A DNA stretch of 59,956 nt from a virus (Duplodnaviria; Caudoviricetes). Each line of letters starts with the position of its first letter. The first letter of the stretch is position 1. A program made the position numbers and the translations under genes. Shown here piece after piece: positions 26,413 to 37,379 of the stretch. Below the pieces are notes generated by a model, which was not told the DNA's origin, made no database searches, and saw only the letters and a list, made by a program, of their open reading frames with translations. The DNA lies in IMG/VR virus record IMGVR_UViG_3300049141_000020, positions 1-59,956 of that record. The stretch is one strand, 5' to 3'.

Positions 26413-29400
26413 ATGCCTGCTGCTGGAAGCATCAAGGTCGGCAACGCCTACATCCTGATTACCCCCGAGATGAATCACGCTCAGCTCAAGGCCCAGCTGG
26501 ACCTTGCTGAGAAGGAGATCGCGGCTTTCAGTGGCGACCAGAAGAGGCTTGCCGAGCAGACGGCGAAGCTCCAGGCCCGACTTCAGGAATGGCTGACCAA
26601 GCGCTACGGCGAAGAGGCCGGCAAGCGTCTGAAGCTGGAGCAGGCATCCGCCGCGAAGCGGGCGGAGTACGCGCAGACGGAGACGGCAGCCTTCATGAAG
26701 GCATACGCCGCAACCACCGAGGCGTACGCCAAGGCGGAGCAGGCGAAGACCGCAGCCAAGGAAAAGGCGGCCCGCGCTCAGGAGCGCATCGCCCTGAACG
26801 CCCGCAGTCTTGAGGTCGCTTACGGCAACCAGGCCGCTGCTTCATACCTCAAGAACGTCGAGGCGATGAAGAAGTCCGGCAAGACCATGTACCTGACTCG
26901 GATCAACGAGGCCAAGCAGTGGTCCGCGCTGGAAATCATCGAGCAGCGCAAGGTGGCAGCCGAGCACCTGAGGCAGACCAAGGCCCGTGAGGCTCAGGTC
27001 AAATCCCTGTCAGCTCTCGTCATCCGCCAGGCCCAGTTGGAGGCCGCCGAGCAGGTCAAGGCCGCTCGTACAGCCCAGACGGCCTACACCACGGCGCACA
27101 ACGCTCGTAAGGCTCAGATCCTCTCGGAGATGAACGCCTTGAAGGCCGCGAGCGTCGCAGCCGCGCAGTCTCAGGTTGCTCAGGCTCAGGCCGCCAAGAG
27201 GGCGGCCCAGCAGACGATCAAGACGAACGACGCGACCGCCAAGGCTCTTCAGGAGAATGCCGGGAGGGTGGAGAAGAGCTGGACTCGGGCCATGTACACG
27301 GCGGGTTCCAAGGTCAACGCCTTCGGTACCACGATGTCCGAGTTCGGCCGCTCGATCCAGCGCAACGTCACCACGCCTCTGCTGACCGCCGCAGCAGCCA
27401 TGTCTGCTATGGGCATCACCGCGGCTGACTCGATGATCCGGGCTCAGACTGCACTCCACGGCATGGGCGTCTCCAACAAGGACGCTGCCAAGCAGATCCA
27501 GACCCTCCGGGACTACGGCACTCAGACGCCGTACTCGGTCCAGGAGATGTTTACGTACGGCGCTCAGTACGCCCGTTCCGGCATGTCGCACGGCATGAGT
27601 TCGGGGAAGGCGACGAAGCGCGCCACGACCCTGGTCATGTCGATCGGTGACCTCGCTGCGGCTGCCGGCATCACCGACCCCGAGATGGTCAAACGGGCGA
27701 TGGTCGCAGTCGGCAACATCCAGGAGTCAGACCGCGCCGGCCTGAGGAACGTCCGCACGCTCGCCGAGAGTGCTGGTCTGGATGTCCAGACGCTTGCAAG
27801 GCTTCTCGGGTTCAAGGACCGCGCCTTCACTGAAAAGGAACTGGCGGACCGCAAAGAGCTGATGGAGGAGCGGGGCGTCTCATGGAACGCTCCCAAGGTC
27901 AACAAGGCTTCCTCTCAGCTCATGAAGTGGATGCAAGACGCGAAGTTGACGGGCGGTGTCCCCGGCGAGGCCATCGTTGACGCGATCATTGACCAGGGCA
28001 AGAAGGCCGGCACCGGGACCGACAAGGCCGCGGGTGTCGTCCAGGGTTCTGCGACCATCACGGCTCGCCTCGCGAACATGTGGGAAAGCTCGAAGTTCGG
28101 CCTGGCCGAGATGTTCGTCTCCCCCACCGGCAAGGACGGCGCCTACGAGTACACGGGCGCGGGTGAAGCGCTCATGGGCAAGGGCGGCCTGCTCGACACG
28201 GTGACCGAGATCGGTAAGGGCCTCAAGGGGCCTTCCGGGAAGCTCATCACCGAGCTGTTCGACAACCTGACGATCTTCGCCGACTGGGTGAAGAAGACGG
28301 TCCAGGTCCTCAAGGACAACCCCGGTCTGACTGACATGGTCATCGAGGCCGGTAAATGGGCGGCACTCCTCGGTGGTGGTGCGATCGTCCTCGGCGGCGT
28401 GATCAAGCTGTTCGGGGCACTCCTCAAACTGGGATCGCCTTTGGCGGGCCTGGCGAAGGGTGCCTTCAAGGCCGGTCGTGGCACCTTCAAGGCGGGTGCG
28501 TCGCGGCTCATAGCCGCCACGGGCGGCATCCACGGTGACGACTACGGTGATCGGCTCCGCAACGCCCGAGCTGCCATGAACGACGGTGACAACCGCAGTC
28601 TCCGCCAGCGTGCAGTGGACCGTCTGCGTGGCCAGAACTCCCAGGTCGAAGAGATCCAGGTCAACACCGACCAGGCGAAGCAGAAGATCGCGGAGCTTGA
28701 CGCCAAGATCGCGGATCTGAAGAACAAGATCCGGGACTTCAAGGGTGAGAACTTCAAGGAGCTTGCTGAGGAGCTGGCTGGCAGCGACGCCAGCGTCAGG
28801 GCAGCAGCGGAGAGGGCAGCTCGGGCTGTCCGTGCGGCTGACACCGCTACGGAGAACCTGAAGAACCTCAAGCTCGGGGCTCTCAACGACGAGTTCGCCA
28901 GGGTCACCAGCAGGAACGATTCCCTCAAGGACGCGGTGAAGAACGCTGCGTCTGCGGTGTCGGCTCTGAACGGAAAGGGCCTCGGCGACCTCGACGGCGA
29001 GCTGAACGACTCCAAGGGCAGGTCGAAGGCCCTGGCGTCCTCCCTCAAGGACACTGCCAAGCAGGCCGGTTCCCTCAACAGCCGCAGCCTTTCCGACCTG
29101 CGAGCACAGGTCAACAACGTCAAGGACGCTGCGGACAGCGCTCGAAGCAAGGTCGGCGACGGTAAGTCGACGCTGATTGGCCGGGTCGGGCAGCTCAACT
29201 CGATGAGCACCAAGTCCGTCGTCAAGCAGGTCAACAACCTCAAGGATGCGCTCGACAACACTGCCGGTAAGGCCAACACCCTCAATAACCGCCTGAACGA
29301 CATCTCGGAGAAGGCGCCGGGTAAGGGCAGCGGCGGCAAGAAGACGAAGAAGGCTCTCGGTGGTGTCCTGCCGGGATACACGCCCGGCCAAGATGTGCAC

Positions 29401-32040
29401 CACTTCGTCAGCCCCACGGCCGGCACTCTCCACCTCAGCGGTGGAGAGGCGGTTATGCGGCCTGAGTGGACGGCCGCAGTCGGCCCGGACACCGTGAACC
29501 GCTGGAACCACATCGCTCGCACCAAGGGTGTGGGTGGTCTCCGCGAAGAGATGAAGTTCGCCAAGGGCGGCGTGCTCGGGGCGCTCGGGCTTGACGGCCT
29601 GGTCGAAGCAGCGAGGAACTTCAACGTTGCTCCGGAAGCGCGTGGCGCGCTCGCCACGATGACGATGGACAGCTCTTCACGTGCTCTGGGCGGGGCCGTT
29701 CAGAAGGGAGTCGTCGGGGCAGGTACGTCCGGATCGCATTTCGTCGGGGCGAACTTCGGCAAGAAGTTCAAAGGCATGTACGACTTCCTGACCGATGAAG
29801 CGTGGGGTCTCCTGAAGAAGGCCCCCATTCCGAGCGGTTGGAGTCAGCTGATCGGGACCATCGGTGGTGCAGTTGCGCCTGTCGCCGGTGAGTATTTTTG
29901 GAGTGACGTTTGGAAGGGTCACGGGAACATTCTTGAGCGAGGCGGAACCTACCTCAATCACATGTTCTCGTGGAACACCCTGAAGGATGTGGTCTCGAAT
30001 CTCTTCGGTGGCGCATGGGATTCACTGAAGGGACTCGCGTCGGGAGCGAAGGAGTTCATCACTGATCCGGTCGGATTCGTATCGGATGGTGTAGACGGCG
30101 TCTGGGAACTGGCCAGGCAGCAGTACAACAGCTTCGTCGACATGGGTAAGACCCTGGGCGAAGTTTGGCAGTCACCAAAGGACTACGCGGCTCAAGTCGT
30201 CTCAGACGTGTACAGCACCGCTAAGGAAGCCCTTCCGAACCTGGAAGGGCTTTTTGATTTCAGCGGTTCCGGCCTGTCCTCCAAGAAGCCGAACCTCAAG
30301 AGCCAGATTGAGGGACAGATCAGCACTCCGGGCGTAGGGGATGCGGTCACGCGTTGGACGCCTCAGGTGAAGATGGTGCTGTCCCAGCTCGGTCTTCCGC
30401 TCTCTGATCTACCCCTGGTCCTGCACCGGATCAAGGTCGAGTCCGGAGGCAACCCGAACGCGATCAACCTTTGGGACTCCAACGCCAAGGCCGGATACCC
30501 GTCTCAAGGCCTGCTTCAGACGATCCCGCAGACCTTCGCGGCCTATGCCGGCCCGTACAGGTCAAGGGGCATCACTGACCCCCTTGCCAGCATCTATGCC
30601 GGCCTCAACTACGCAACCCACCGCTACGGTTCAGGCTGGCGAAAGGCCCTTTCTGGCACCAAGGGATACGCCACGGGAACCGATGGCGCTGCACGTGGTT
30701 GGGCGTGGGTCGGCGAAGAAGGCCCGGAACTCGTGCAATTCAAGGGCGGCGAAACGGTCCTGAGTCACCAGGACAGTCTTCTCGCTGCGGCCCCCGTCAC
30801 CCGGGGCTACGCCTCGGGAACGTCGAGCACCAGGACCACGGGCATCGCGGCCGATGCCAAGAAGGGCGTGTCCTCGCTCAACTCCGCGGTGGACAAGCTC
30901 TATCGGATCATCAAGGAGGCTTTCACCTCGGGTCGCATCGGCTCGGGCACGGCGAACTCCCTGAACAAGTGGCTGGACGGACAGAACAAGTCCCTACAGA
31001 AGCTCGTGAAGGAGCGTACGGCCCTCGCGACCAAGATGAAGGACGCTAACGCCAAGCTAGCTGAGATCAAGAACAACGAATCTGAAATGGCTACGTCCAT
31101 CGCGGACAAGGCCAAGCAGGAACGTTCCCTCACGTCCATCTTCAACTCCGATGGCGTGTCGGTCTCTTCGGCAATATCCGGCCTGAAGCAACGCCTTACG
31201 GCTATCAAGTCCTTCCAGTCCAACATTGCCAAGCTGGTGGACCGTGGGTTCTCGAAGGAGATCATCGCGGAAATCGCCGAGGCCGGTCCCGTTGAGGGCG
31301 GCGCCATGGCAAAGGAGTTGCTGAACGCCACAGAAAACCAGATCGAGGAGTTCAACAGCACCTATGCGGCGATCGGCTCTGCCTCGTCCTCCCTCGGTAA
31401 GTCGGTGGCGAAGTCGTACTACGCCGCTGGCAAGGAAGCAGCTCAGGCACTCGTGGATGGTCTCGCTGCTCAGGACAAGGCTCTCGTCAAGAAGATCGAA
31501 GGCATTGCCAACACGATCATCAAGACCCTCAAGAGCAAGTTGAAGGTCGGCCCCAAGACGCCTGTTAATTCCACCCTGGCAAGTCTCCTTACCTGGCTCA
31601 CTGGCGAAGGCCAAGCGGTCAAGGGCGGAGGTAATACCGCAAAGAAGAAGACGACTCGGACGACCACGACATATTCGACGGATTCCAAGGGACGGAAGGT
31701 CACGACGGTCACAACGACCACGACTGACCCGGCTAAGGGGACCACAACCACGGTCACTAAGCGGACCGTTGGCGGTAAGACCACGACTTCCACCAAGGTC
31801 AGCAAGATCAAGGGATACGCCACCGGAACCCGGTCGGCTTCCCCCGGTATTGCCGTCGTCGGTGAGAAGGGGCCTGAGCTGATCAATTTCCGTGGCGGTG
31901 AACGCGTCTACAACGACCGGGACACGGCAGCCATGATGGGACCTCGTTATGAGATCCACATTCATGAGGCCAAGGACGAGAACACCACTCAGTCCGTTCT
32001 CCGGGCGATGCAGTACGCAGAGACCATGGCTGCTCTCTGA
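26413..32040 (+). CDS. Tape measure protein with lytic transglycosylase domain
   Basis: 1875 aa Ala-rich; TPYS tape-measure segment; ESGGNPNAINLWDSN...SQGLLQ. Confidence 0.95.
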   Translation: MPAAGSIKVGNAYILITPEMNHAQLKAQLDLAEKEIAAFSGDQKRLAEQTAKLQARLQEWLTKRYGEEAGKRLKLEQASAAKRAEYAQTETAAFMKAYAATTEAYAKAEQAKTAAKEKAARAQERIALNARSLEVAYGNQAAASYLKNVEAMKKSGKTMYLTRINEAKQWSALEIIEQRKVAAEHLRQTKAREAQVKSLSALVIRQAQLEAAEQVKAARTAQTAYTTAHNARKAQILSEMNALKAASVAAAQSQVAQAQAAKRAAQQTIKTNDATAKALQENAGRVEKSWTRAMYTAGSKVNAFGTTMSEFGRSIQRNVTTPLLTAAAAMSAMGITAADSMIRAQTALHGMGVSNKDAAKQIQTLRDYGTQTPYSVQEMFTYGAQYARSGMSHGMSSGKATKRATTLVMSIGDLAAAAGITDPEMVKRAMVAVGNIQESDRAGLRNVRTLAESAGLDVQTLARLLGFKDRAFTEKELADRKELMEERGVSWNAPKVNKASSQLMKWMQDAKLTGGVPGEAIVDAIIDQGKKAGTGTDKAAGVVQGSATITARLANMWESSKFGLAEMFVSPTGKDGAYEYTGAGEALMGKGGLLDTVTEIGKGLKGPSGKLITELFDNLTIFADWVKKTVQVLKDNPGLTDMVIEAGKWAALLGGGAIVLGGVIKLFGALLKLGSPLAGLAKGAFKAGRGTFKAGASRLIAATGGIHGDDYGDRLRNARAAMNDGDNRSLRQRAVDRLRGQNSQVEEIQVNTDQAKQKIAELDAKIADLKNKIRDFKGENFKELAEELAGSDASVRAAAERAARAVRAADTATENLKNLKLGALNDEFARVTSRNDSLKDAVKNAASAVSALNGKGLGDLDGELNDSKGRSKALASSLKDTAKQAGSLNSRSLSDLRAQVNNVKDAADSARSKVGDGKSTLIGRVGQLNSMSTKSVVKQVNNLKDALDNTAGKANTLNNRLNDISEKAPGKGSGGKKTKKALGGVLPGYTPGQDVHHFVSPTAGTLHLSGGEAVMRPEWTAAVGPDTVNRWNHIARTKGVGGLREEMKFAKGGVLGALGLDGLVEAARNFNVAPEARGALATMTMDSSSRALGGAVQKGVVGAGTSGSHFVGANFGKKFKGMYDFLTDEAWGLLKKAPIPSGWSQLIGTIGGAVAPVAGEYFWSDVWKGHGNILERGGTYLNHMFSWNTLKDVVSNLFGGAWDSLKGLASGAKEFITDPVGFVSDGVDGVWELARQQYNSFVDMGKTLGEVWQSPKDYAAQVVSDVYSTAKEALPNLEGLFDFSGSGLSSKKPNLKSQIEGQISTPGVGDAVTRWTPQVKMVLSQLGLPLSDLPLVLHRIKVESGGNPNAINLWDSNAKAGYPSQGLLQTIPQTFAAYAGPYRSRGITDPLASIYAGLNYATHRYGSGWRKALSGTKGYATGTDGAARGWAWVGEEGPELVQFKGGETVLSHQDSLLAAAPVTRGYASGTSSTRTTGIAADAKKGVSSLNSAVDKLYRIIKEAFTSGRIGSGTANSLNKWLDGQNKSLQKLVKERTALATKMKDANAKLAEIKNNESEMATSIADKAKQERSLTSIFNSDGVSVSSAISGLKQRLTAIKSFQSNIAKLVDRGFSKEIIAEIAEAGPVEGGAMAKELLNATENQIEEFNSTYAAIGSASSSLGKSVAKSYYAAGKEAAQALVDGLAAQDKALVKKIEGIANTIIKTLKSKLKVGPKTPVNSTLASLLTWLTGEGQAVKGGGNTAKKKTTRTTTTYSTDSKGRKVTTVTTTTTDPAKGTTTTVTKRTVGGKTTTSTKVSKIKGYATGTRSASPGIAVVGEKGPELINFRGGERVYNDRDTAAMMGPRYEIHIHEAKDENTTQSVLRAMQYAETMAAL

Positions 32041-32071
32041 TCACAAGGAGTGCTATTTGAAGGAGTGCTAA

Positions 32072-33061
32072 ATGCCAATTCCCGCATCAGCGGTAGCCCC
32101 TAGCAGGCCGAATACGCCTCAGCTGGTCTACCCGGTTCCCGAGAGATGGCAGCGCACCTACGTGTCGATCAGAGGCCGGAACGGTCAGGGGGAGGAGATC
32201 CCCCTGACCGGCCTCCAGTCCTCCACCTGGCCGGCGATGGTGCTCCAACCCGGAGCCACAGGGCTCGACATGCCTCCGTACGCGGTACACATGGACGAGT
32301 CACCGAACCTCGACGGTGCCATGTTCCGAGGGGCCAGAGCGGCGTCCCGTCCGATCCTCTTGCCCATCTACGTCTACGGAATCGACCGCAAGACGCTGCG
32401 CGAGCTCAAGCGCAGGCTGGCCACCGCGCTGAACCCCAAGTTCGGTTACTGCGTCCTGACGTTCATCGAGCAGGACGGAGAGCCGCGGCGCCTGAAGTGC
32501 TACTACCTCGGCGGCATGGAGGGCAGTGAGGCCGTCGGTGCGTCCGGCTTCACTTGGGTGTCCTACGGCATCCAGCTCACCGCCGCCGACCCGTGGTTCT
32601 ACGGAGACACCGAAGTCGCAGCTGACTGGTACTTCGGTACGGCTCAGCCCTTCCTCGGGAACCCGTTCTTCCCCGTCAAGCTCAGCAAGGGAACCCCCTC
32701 TTCTCCCTCCCTCACGATCGAGAACCCGGGCGACATCGAAGCCTGGCCGGTCTGGACGATCACAGGCCCGCTGAAGTCTCTGGAGTTCACCGGCCCGGAC
32801 GGCAAGCAGAAGTGGGGAATCCCGGCTCAGGTTGGTGGAGCCGACGCCCTACAGGCCGCACGAACCCTCACGGTCGACTGCCGTCCGGGATACAAGACGC
32901 TCAAGGACGACCAGGGAATGAATTATTTCCCTCTGCTGTCGTCCAACCCCTCTCTATGGTCCGTGCCGCCTGGCACGTCGACATTCAAGGCCGATCTGGT
33001 GGCCGGCAGCGGGACGCCCACCGTGAAGATGACCCTTTCCCCCCGCTACTCGACTTACTGA
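32072..33061 (+). CDS. Distal tail protein
   Basis: DPWFYG, NPGDIEAWPVWTITGP. Confidence 0.8.
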   Translation: MPIPASAVAPSRPNTPQLVYPVPERWQRTYVSIRGRNGQGEEIPLTGLQSSTWPAMVLQPGATGLDMPPYAVHMDESPNLDGAMFRGARAASRPILLPIYVYGIDRKTLRELKRRLATALNPKFGYCVLTFIEQDGEPRRLKCYYLGGMEGSEAVGASGFTWVSYGIQLTAADPWFYGDTEVAADWYFGTAQPFLGNPFFPVKLSKGTPSSPSLTIENPGDIEAWPVWTITGPLKSLEFTGPDGKQKWGIPAQVGGADALQAARTLTVDCRPGYKTLKDDQGMNYFPLLSSNPSLWSVPPGTSTFKADLVAGSGTPTVKMTLSPRYSTY

Positions 33062-33067
33062 CATGAG

Positions 33068-34306
33068 GTGCACATGGGCTACCGGGTGGAGGTGCGCGAC
33101 GCTGCACTGAATCGAATAGGTGTGATTGACGAGTGGATTTCGATGGATCTGGTGGTCCGGTACTGCCAGCAGGGCACTTGGCAGATGCTCGTTGCGGCAG
33201 GGACGCCTCAGGCTGACCTTCTACAGAAGGGCGGAGGGGTCGCCATCTACCAGGATGACGTTGACCTCCCCATCCTCACGGGGCAGATCGAGTCTTTTCA
33301 GCACTACTGGACGAGCGCCCAACACACTTCGCTCGGATCGCTCTACTTCGGCGGGAAGTGCGACAACAAGGTCGCCTACACCCGGCTCGCCTACCCCGAC
33401 CCCACCAAGCCCGCCACCCAGCAGTGGCAGGCAGATGACAGCGGTCGAGCAGTTTCAGGCCCGGCCGGTCATCTCGTCTGGAACGAGCTGGACAAGGCTC
33501 TCGGGCCTGGTGCCCTGGCCAACCGACGTGCGGCCGGCGTCGTCATCGGCAGCGACGTCTCCCTCGGGAAGACGATCTCCGACAACCTCCAGTGGGACGT
33601 GATCGGCACCAAGCTCGAATCGTGGATCGACACCACGACGACCGGTTACCGCTTCCTCTACGACCCCGACACCAAGTCCATCAGCCTGAACCTGTTCACT
33701 CCGCGGGATCGCTCCAAGGACGTCCGGTTCAGCAAGGAACTGGGCAACCTCCGAGAGTTCACCTGGGCTCTGACGGCTCCGACCGTCACGCGGGTCATTG
33801 TGGCCTGCCAGGGCTCGGGGAAGAACCGGTACCTGTACCAGCAGATAGACAGCCAGACCGAGGCCGAATGGGGCCTCCAGATCGAGCAGTTCCTTGACCG
33901 TCGAGACCTGCCCATCAAGGCAGACCCTACGACCGGGGCACCGGTCAAGGCAGATCTTTCGGTGACGGATGAGCAGTTCAACACCGCCAAGCAGGCCGTA
34001 TTGGATGCCGCCACGGAGGCGCTAAGCCAGGGCGCCAAAAACGGCAACTTCCAGATCTACCCCGTGGATACGCCGCAGATCAAATTCGGGCGAGACTATT
34101 TCGTCGGAGACATCGTCACCGTGGCCATTGACGGAGTCGAATACACGGACATCGTGCGCGAGGTCGCCATCACGGTGGACCAGGGCGGGCAGGCGGAAAC
34201 GGTAGCTCCGACCATCGGAGAGCAGGGCTCAGGTAACCCCCTCAATCTGTACAAGACGGTTTTTGACATGCGTGAGAAGCTGCGCAAGCTAGAGGCGAGG
34301 ATGTAA
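33068..34306 (+). CDS. Minor tail protein (ReqiPepy6 gp37-like)
   Basis: VIVACQG.GKNR, FGRDYFVGDIVTV. Confidence 0.8.
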   Translation: MHMGYRVEVRDAALNRIGVIDEWISMDLVVRYCQQGTWQMLVAAGTPQADLLQKGGGVAIYQDDVDLPILTGQIESFQHYWTSAQHTSLGSLYFGGKCDNKVAYTRLAYPDPTKPATQQWQADDSGRAVSGPAGHLVWNELDKALGPGALANRRAAGVVIGSDVSLGKTISDNLQWDVIGTKLESWIDTTTTGYRFLYDPDTKSISLNLFTPRDRSKDVRFSKELGNLREFTWALTAPTVTRVIVACQGSGKNRYLYQQIDSQTEAEWGLQIEQFLDRRDLPIKADPTTGAPVKADLSVTDEQFNTAKQAVLDAATEALSQGAKNGNFQIYPVDTPQIKFGRDYFVGDIVTVAIDGVEYTDIVREVAITVDQGGQAETVAPTIGEQGSGNPLNLYKTVFDMREKLRKLEARM

Positions 34307-35373
34307 TGGCAGAGATCAGTTATCCCTTTACCGCCGATAGCGCCGGTGGCGGTCAGCAGATGATGAATCAGGCGCAGTGGCAGTACCTCTCTCGACTGGG
34401 CAATAAGGACCGCGTTGACCTCCGGCTGGTGTCGACCAGCTACGACTCTGAAGAGCTGCCCTTCGCCGCAACCGTCGTCAGCACCACGTCAGTTCGCGTC
34501 GGCTCTGGCCGGGCCATAGTGGGAGGGTTCTACTACCAACTCACGCAATCCCAGACGGTCCCGATTGCGTCCAACACGGGAACGACGTCCCGAATAGACC
34601 TCGTCATCCTCCGCCTGAACATGTCCACCAGCTCGGTCAACCTCGCGGTCAAGCAGGGCCAGCCCGCGGCTGCACCTAAGGCGCCCACGCTCACCAGGGA
34701 TTACGGCGATGTGTGGGAAATGGCCCTGCACCAGGTGACCGTGCCGGCGAACAGCGGTGCCCTGACAATTCTCAATGTCGCGGCATACGACATGCCTGAC
34801 CGTGTGGAAGCTCCGTGGGACGCGGATACAGTGGCCGAATTCCAGCAGTCCGGCACGTTCGTGTACGACATGGACGTCAACAACAACTACACGCAGACCG
34901 AGGTTTTCAAGGGCCGTGATGGCATTGTTCCTACGAGGCATCTCGGCAGGTCTCGCACGTACACGCCAAACCTCTTCAATGGGAAGTACACGCTCGACCC
35001 GGCCATGCGAAGCGGACGGTGGCGTTGGATAGCGCCTGACGTGGTCCACGTATCGATGAGCTTCACGGCCTACGAGGACCAAGGCCTTGTGGTCTCCGGT
35101 AGCAACTGGTACCTCGGCGCCACGCTCCCGCAGCCGGCCAACGGCCAGATCCGGCAGGTACTTACGGGCTTCCTGTCGAACCCTGAAGCCCAGGGAGGCA
35201 CTCCGAACGCCGCGCAGGTCATTGCGCACACTCAGGCCAACTCGTCGAACCTGACGCTCTACACCCCCAACTCGACGAATTTGGCTCAGGGCCTCGACGG
35301 CTTCAGGGTGTTGCCTCCGCGGTCCACCCTCTACATATCCGGTACCTACGAATCGAATCGGTTCGGAGTGTAA
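34306..35373 (+). CDS. Minor tail / baseplate protein
   Basis: MAEISYPF, RIDLVILR, WEMAL. Confidence 0.75.
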   Translation: MAEISYPFTADSAGGGQQMMNQAQWQYLSRLGNKDRVDLRLVSTSYDSEELPFAATVVSTTSVRVGSGRAIVGGFYYQLTQSQTVPIASNTGTTSRIDLVILRLNMSTSSVNLAVKQGQPAAAPKAPTLTRDYGDVWEMALHQVTVPANSGALTILNVAAYDMPDRVEAPWDADTVAEFQQSGTFVYDMDVNNNYTQTEVFKGRDGIVPTRHLGRSRTYTPNLFNGKYTLDPAMRSGRWRWIAPDVVHVSMSFTAYEDQGLVVSGSNWYLGATLPQPANGQIRQVLTGFLSNPEAQGGTPNAAQVIAHTQANSSNLTLYTPNSTNLAQGLDGFRVLPPRSTLYISGTYESNRFGV

Positions 35374-35450
35374 CCCTTTACAACTTCCTTCTTCGGCCCC
35401 CGGTGCTTCCGGCAGGGCCTTTTTTCATGCCCTGATTCAGGAGGTGCCGA

Positions 35451-37025
35451 GTGGCACGAAATCTCTTCGGTGGGTCTGCCGCTGACGTTGCTGAGGATGC
35501 CAGCGGTGCCCGTATAGCCGGTGCTGTGGGGACGGTTTGGGACGGTCCTTCCAGCGAGGCGACCCAGCTCACCGACCTCACCGACTTGGACGGCGCACCC
35601 ATCACAACCCTCACCGCGGATTCGCGCGGGTTCCTGCCGGGATTTTACGGCCCGGATGGCGTAGGCCTGCTGTGGGTCGACTTCGGCTCCGGCAAGGTCG
35701 CACTTACCTCCGTCACCGTGGGCGAACGGCTGGATGACCACGTGAACGCCCCGGATCCGCACGGCAGCAAGGCCGCAGCTCTGGCGGAGTTCAACGCGCA
35801 GAAGGGCGCAGCCAACGGCCTTGCGTCACTCGACGCCATGGGGCTCGTCCCCGAGGCCCAGCTTCCTTCGGTCGCCAAGGTGCCCAGCATGGCGGACTGG
35901 ATCAACGTCAAGGCGGAAGCCTACGGAGCCACCGGCAATGGGACCTCGGACGACACAGAACCTATCCGGCAGGCCATCAACGCTGCTGGAATCGGTGGAG
36001 TCGTGTACTTCCCTAAGGGCGTCTACCGAATCTCCGCCCCTCTGGATCTCCCTCGCGGAGTGACCCTCATGGGCTCGCACAGCAACCTCATGATCGGGCC
36101 GGGCATGGTCGATGAAGACTTCCCTTGCTACATCCAGGCAGCTCCGTCCTTCACGGCCGGCGCCATGATTCAGATTGTCGGCGACGCTGACGGAACTCAT
36201 CCGGCGATCAACGGCGAGCAGCGCATCTTCAACTTGATGCTGGACGGCTCCAAGGTCACGACCGGGACCCTCGATGGAATCTACTCCAAGGGGAATGTGC
36301 AGAACGTTGTAATGCGAGACGTCTGCATTCGTAAGATGCCGAACAACGGCATCATCACAGGCGCTAACGCAGGCGGTGAATGGCCTTACTCGTGGCGCCT
36401 GCATAGCGTCATGGTCGACAACTGCAAGGCCAATGGGATCGTCTTCGACCGTCAGACTGACCTCTCGATGATCGATGTTCAGGTCATCGGCTGCTGGTCT
36501 ACTGGCATCAAGCTGACCAACTCGGCGAACACCATTCTTGAAGCGTGCCGTGTCGAGTGGTGCGGCGGCTACGGATTCCACATCACGGGGGCGTGGGGGA
36601 ACTGGCCGGGCAGTGGTTCCATGACCATGTCGTCTTGCTCCACCGACCGTAATGGTTGGGACGGTGTGCGAGTTGACGCGACCGGCAACGGGCCTTTCCT
36701 CATTAATGCGCTGAACACGCGTCGAGATGGCCGTAACGGCGGTCCTGGTGGCGGAGGTTACGCGGGCCTGGCCCTGCTCAACAGGGCTCCAGTCGTCGTT
36801 ACTGGCCTTGGATGCTATGTGGGCACCGACGACGGAGGTACGGCAAACACATCGCCGCAGTACGGCGTGCGAGTCACCAACGCGCGAGACGTCAACGTGC
36901 TCGGTGCTTACCTCCATGGCCTCACAGCAGGGGTGTTCCAGTCAGGCACCAACGAGCGCGTCAGATTCACGAGCATCACGACCGTGGCCGGTAACAACTA
37001 CGCCGAGGACCGAGTTATTTCCTAA
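35451..37025 (+). CDS. Tail spike with pectate-lyase-like beta-helix
   Basis: NVK..YGATGNGTSDDT..IRQAI..GGVVYFPKGVY. Confidence 0.82.
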   Translation: MARNLFGGSAADVAEDASGARIAGAVGTVWDGPSSEATQLTDLTDLDGAPITTLTADSRGFLPGFYGPDGVGLLWVDFGSGKVALTSVTVGERLDDHVNAPDPHGSKAAALAEFNAQKGAANGLASLDAMGLVPEAQLPSVAKVPSMADWINVKAEAYGATGNGTSDDTEPIRQAINAAGIGGVVYFPKGVYRISAPLDLPRGVTLMGSHSNLMIGPGMVDEDFPCYIQAAPSFTAGAMIQIVGDADGTHPAINGEQRIFNLMLDGSKVTTGTLDGIYSKGNVQNVVMRDVCIRKMPNNGIITGANAGGEWPYSWRLHSVMVDNCKANGIVFDRQTDLSMIDVQVIGCWSTGIKLTNSANTILEACRVEWCGGYGFHITGAWGNWPGSGSMTMSSCSTDRNGWDGVRVDATGNGPFLINALNTRRDGRNGGPGGGGYAGLALLNRAPVVVTGLGCYVGTDDGGTANTSPQYGVRVTNARDVNVLGAYLHGLTAGVFQSGTNERVRFTSITTVAGNNYAEDRVIS

Positions 37026-37037
37026 CCCCCCACACCG

Positions 37038-37071
37038 AAGGCGGCTGCGATTCACCCGCAGCCGCCTTTTT
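37038..37071 (+). terminator. Intrinsic terminator
   Basis: AAGGCGGCTGCG-loop-CGCAGCCGCCTT followed by Ts. Confidence 0.7.
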
Positions 37072-37094
37072 GCTGCCTCCAAGGAGCCCCCCAC

Positions 37095-37379
37095 ATGACC
37101 CTTGCTGAATTTTTCTCCTACTCGGGGACTCTGGCGACTTTCATTGCGGCGGTCGTGGTTGTCCTCGCGAGCCACAGAACCAGTGCCGCAAAGGTGTGGC
37201 GCGAAGAGGCGGAAGCCCAGAAGGAGCGTGCTGACCGACTCGCGAGCGACCTTACGGAGATCAAGAACCGCCTGACTCGAATCGAGCAGGAAAACGCTCG
37301 CCTTATCCAGCTTCTCACTTCTCTCGACCCTGCCCGCCTTGCCGTTATCCGGCTGGTGGATGACCCGACGGAGGACTAA
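37095..37379 (+). CDS. Single-TM coiled-coil lysis-cassette protein
   Basis: N-terminal TM followed by a coiled coil; abuts the endolysin. Confidence 0.7.
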   Translation: MTLAEFFSYSGTLATFIAAVVVVLASHRTSAAKVWREEAEAQKERADRLASDLTEIKNRLTRIEQENARLIQLLTSLDPARLAVIRLVDDPTED

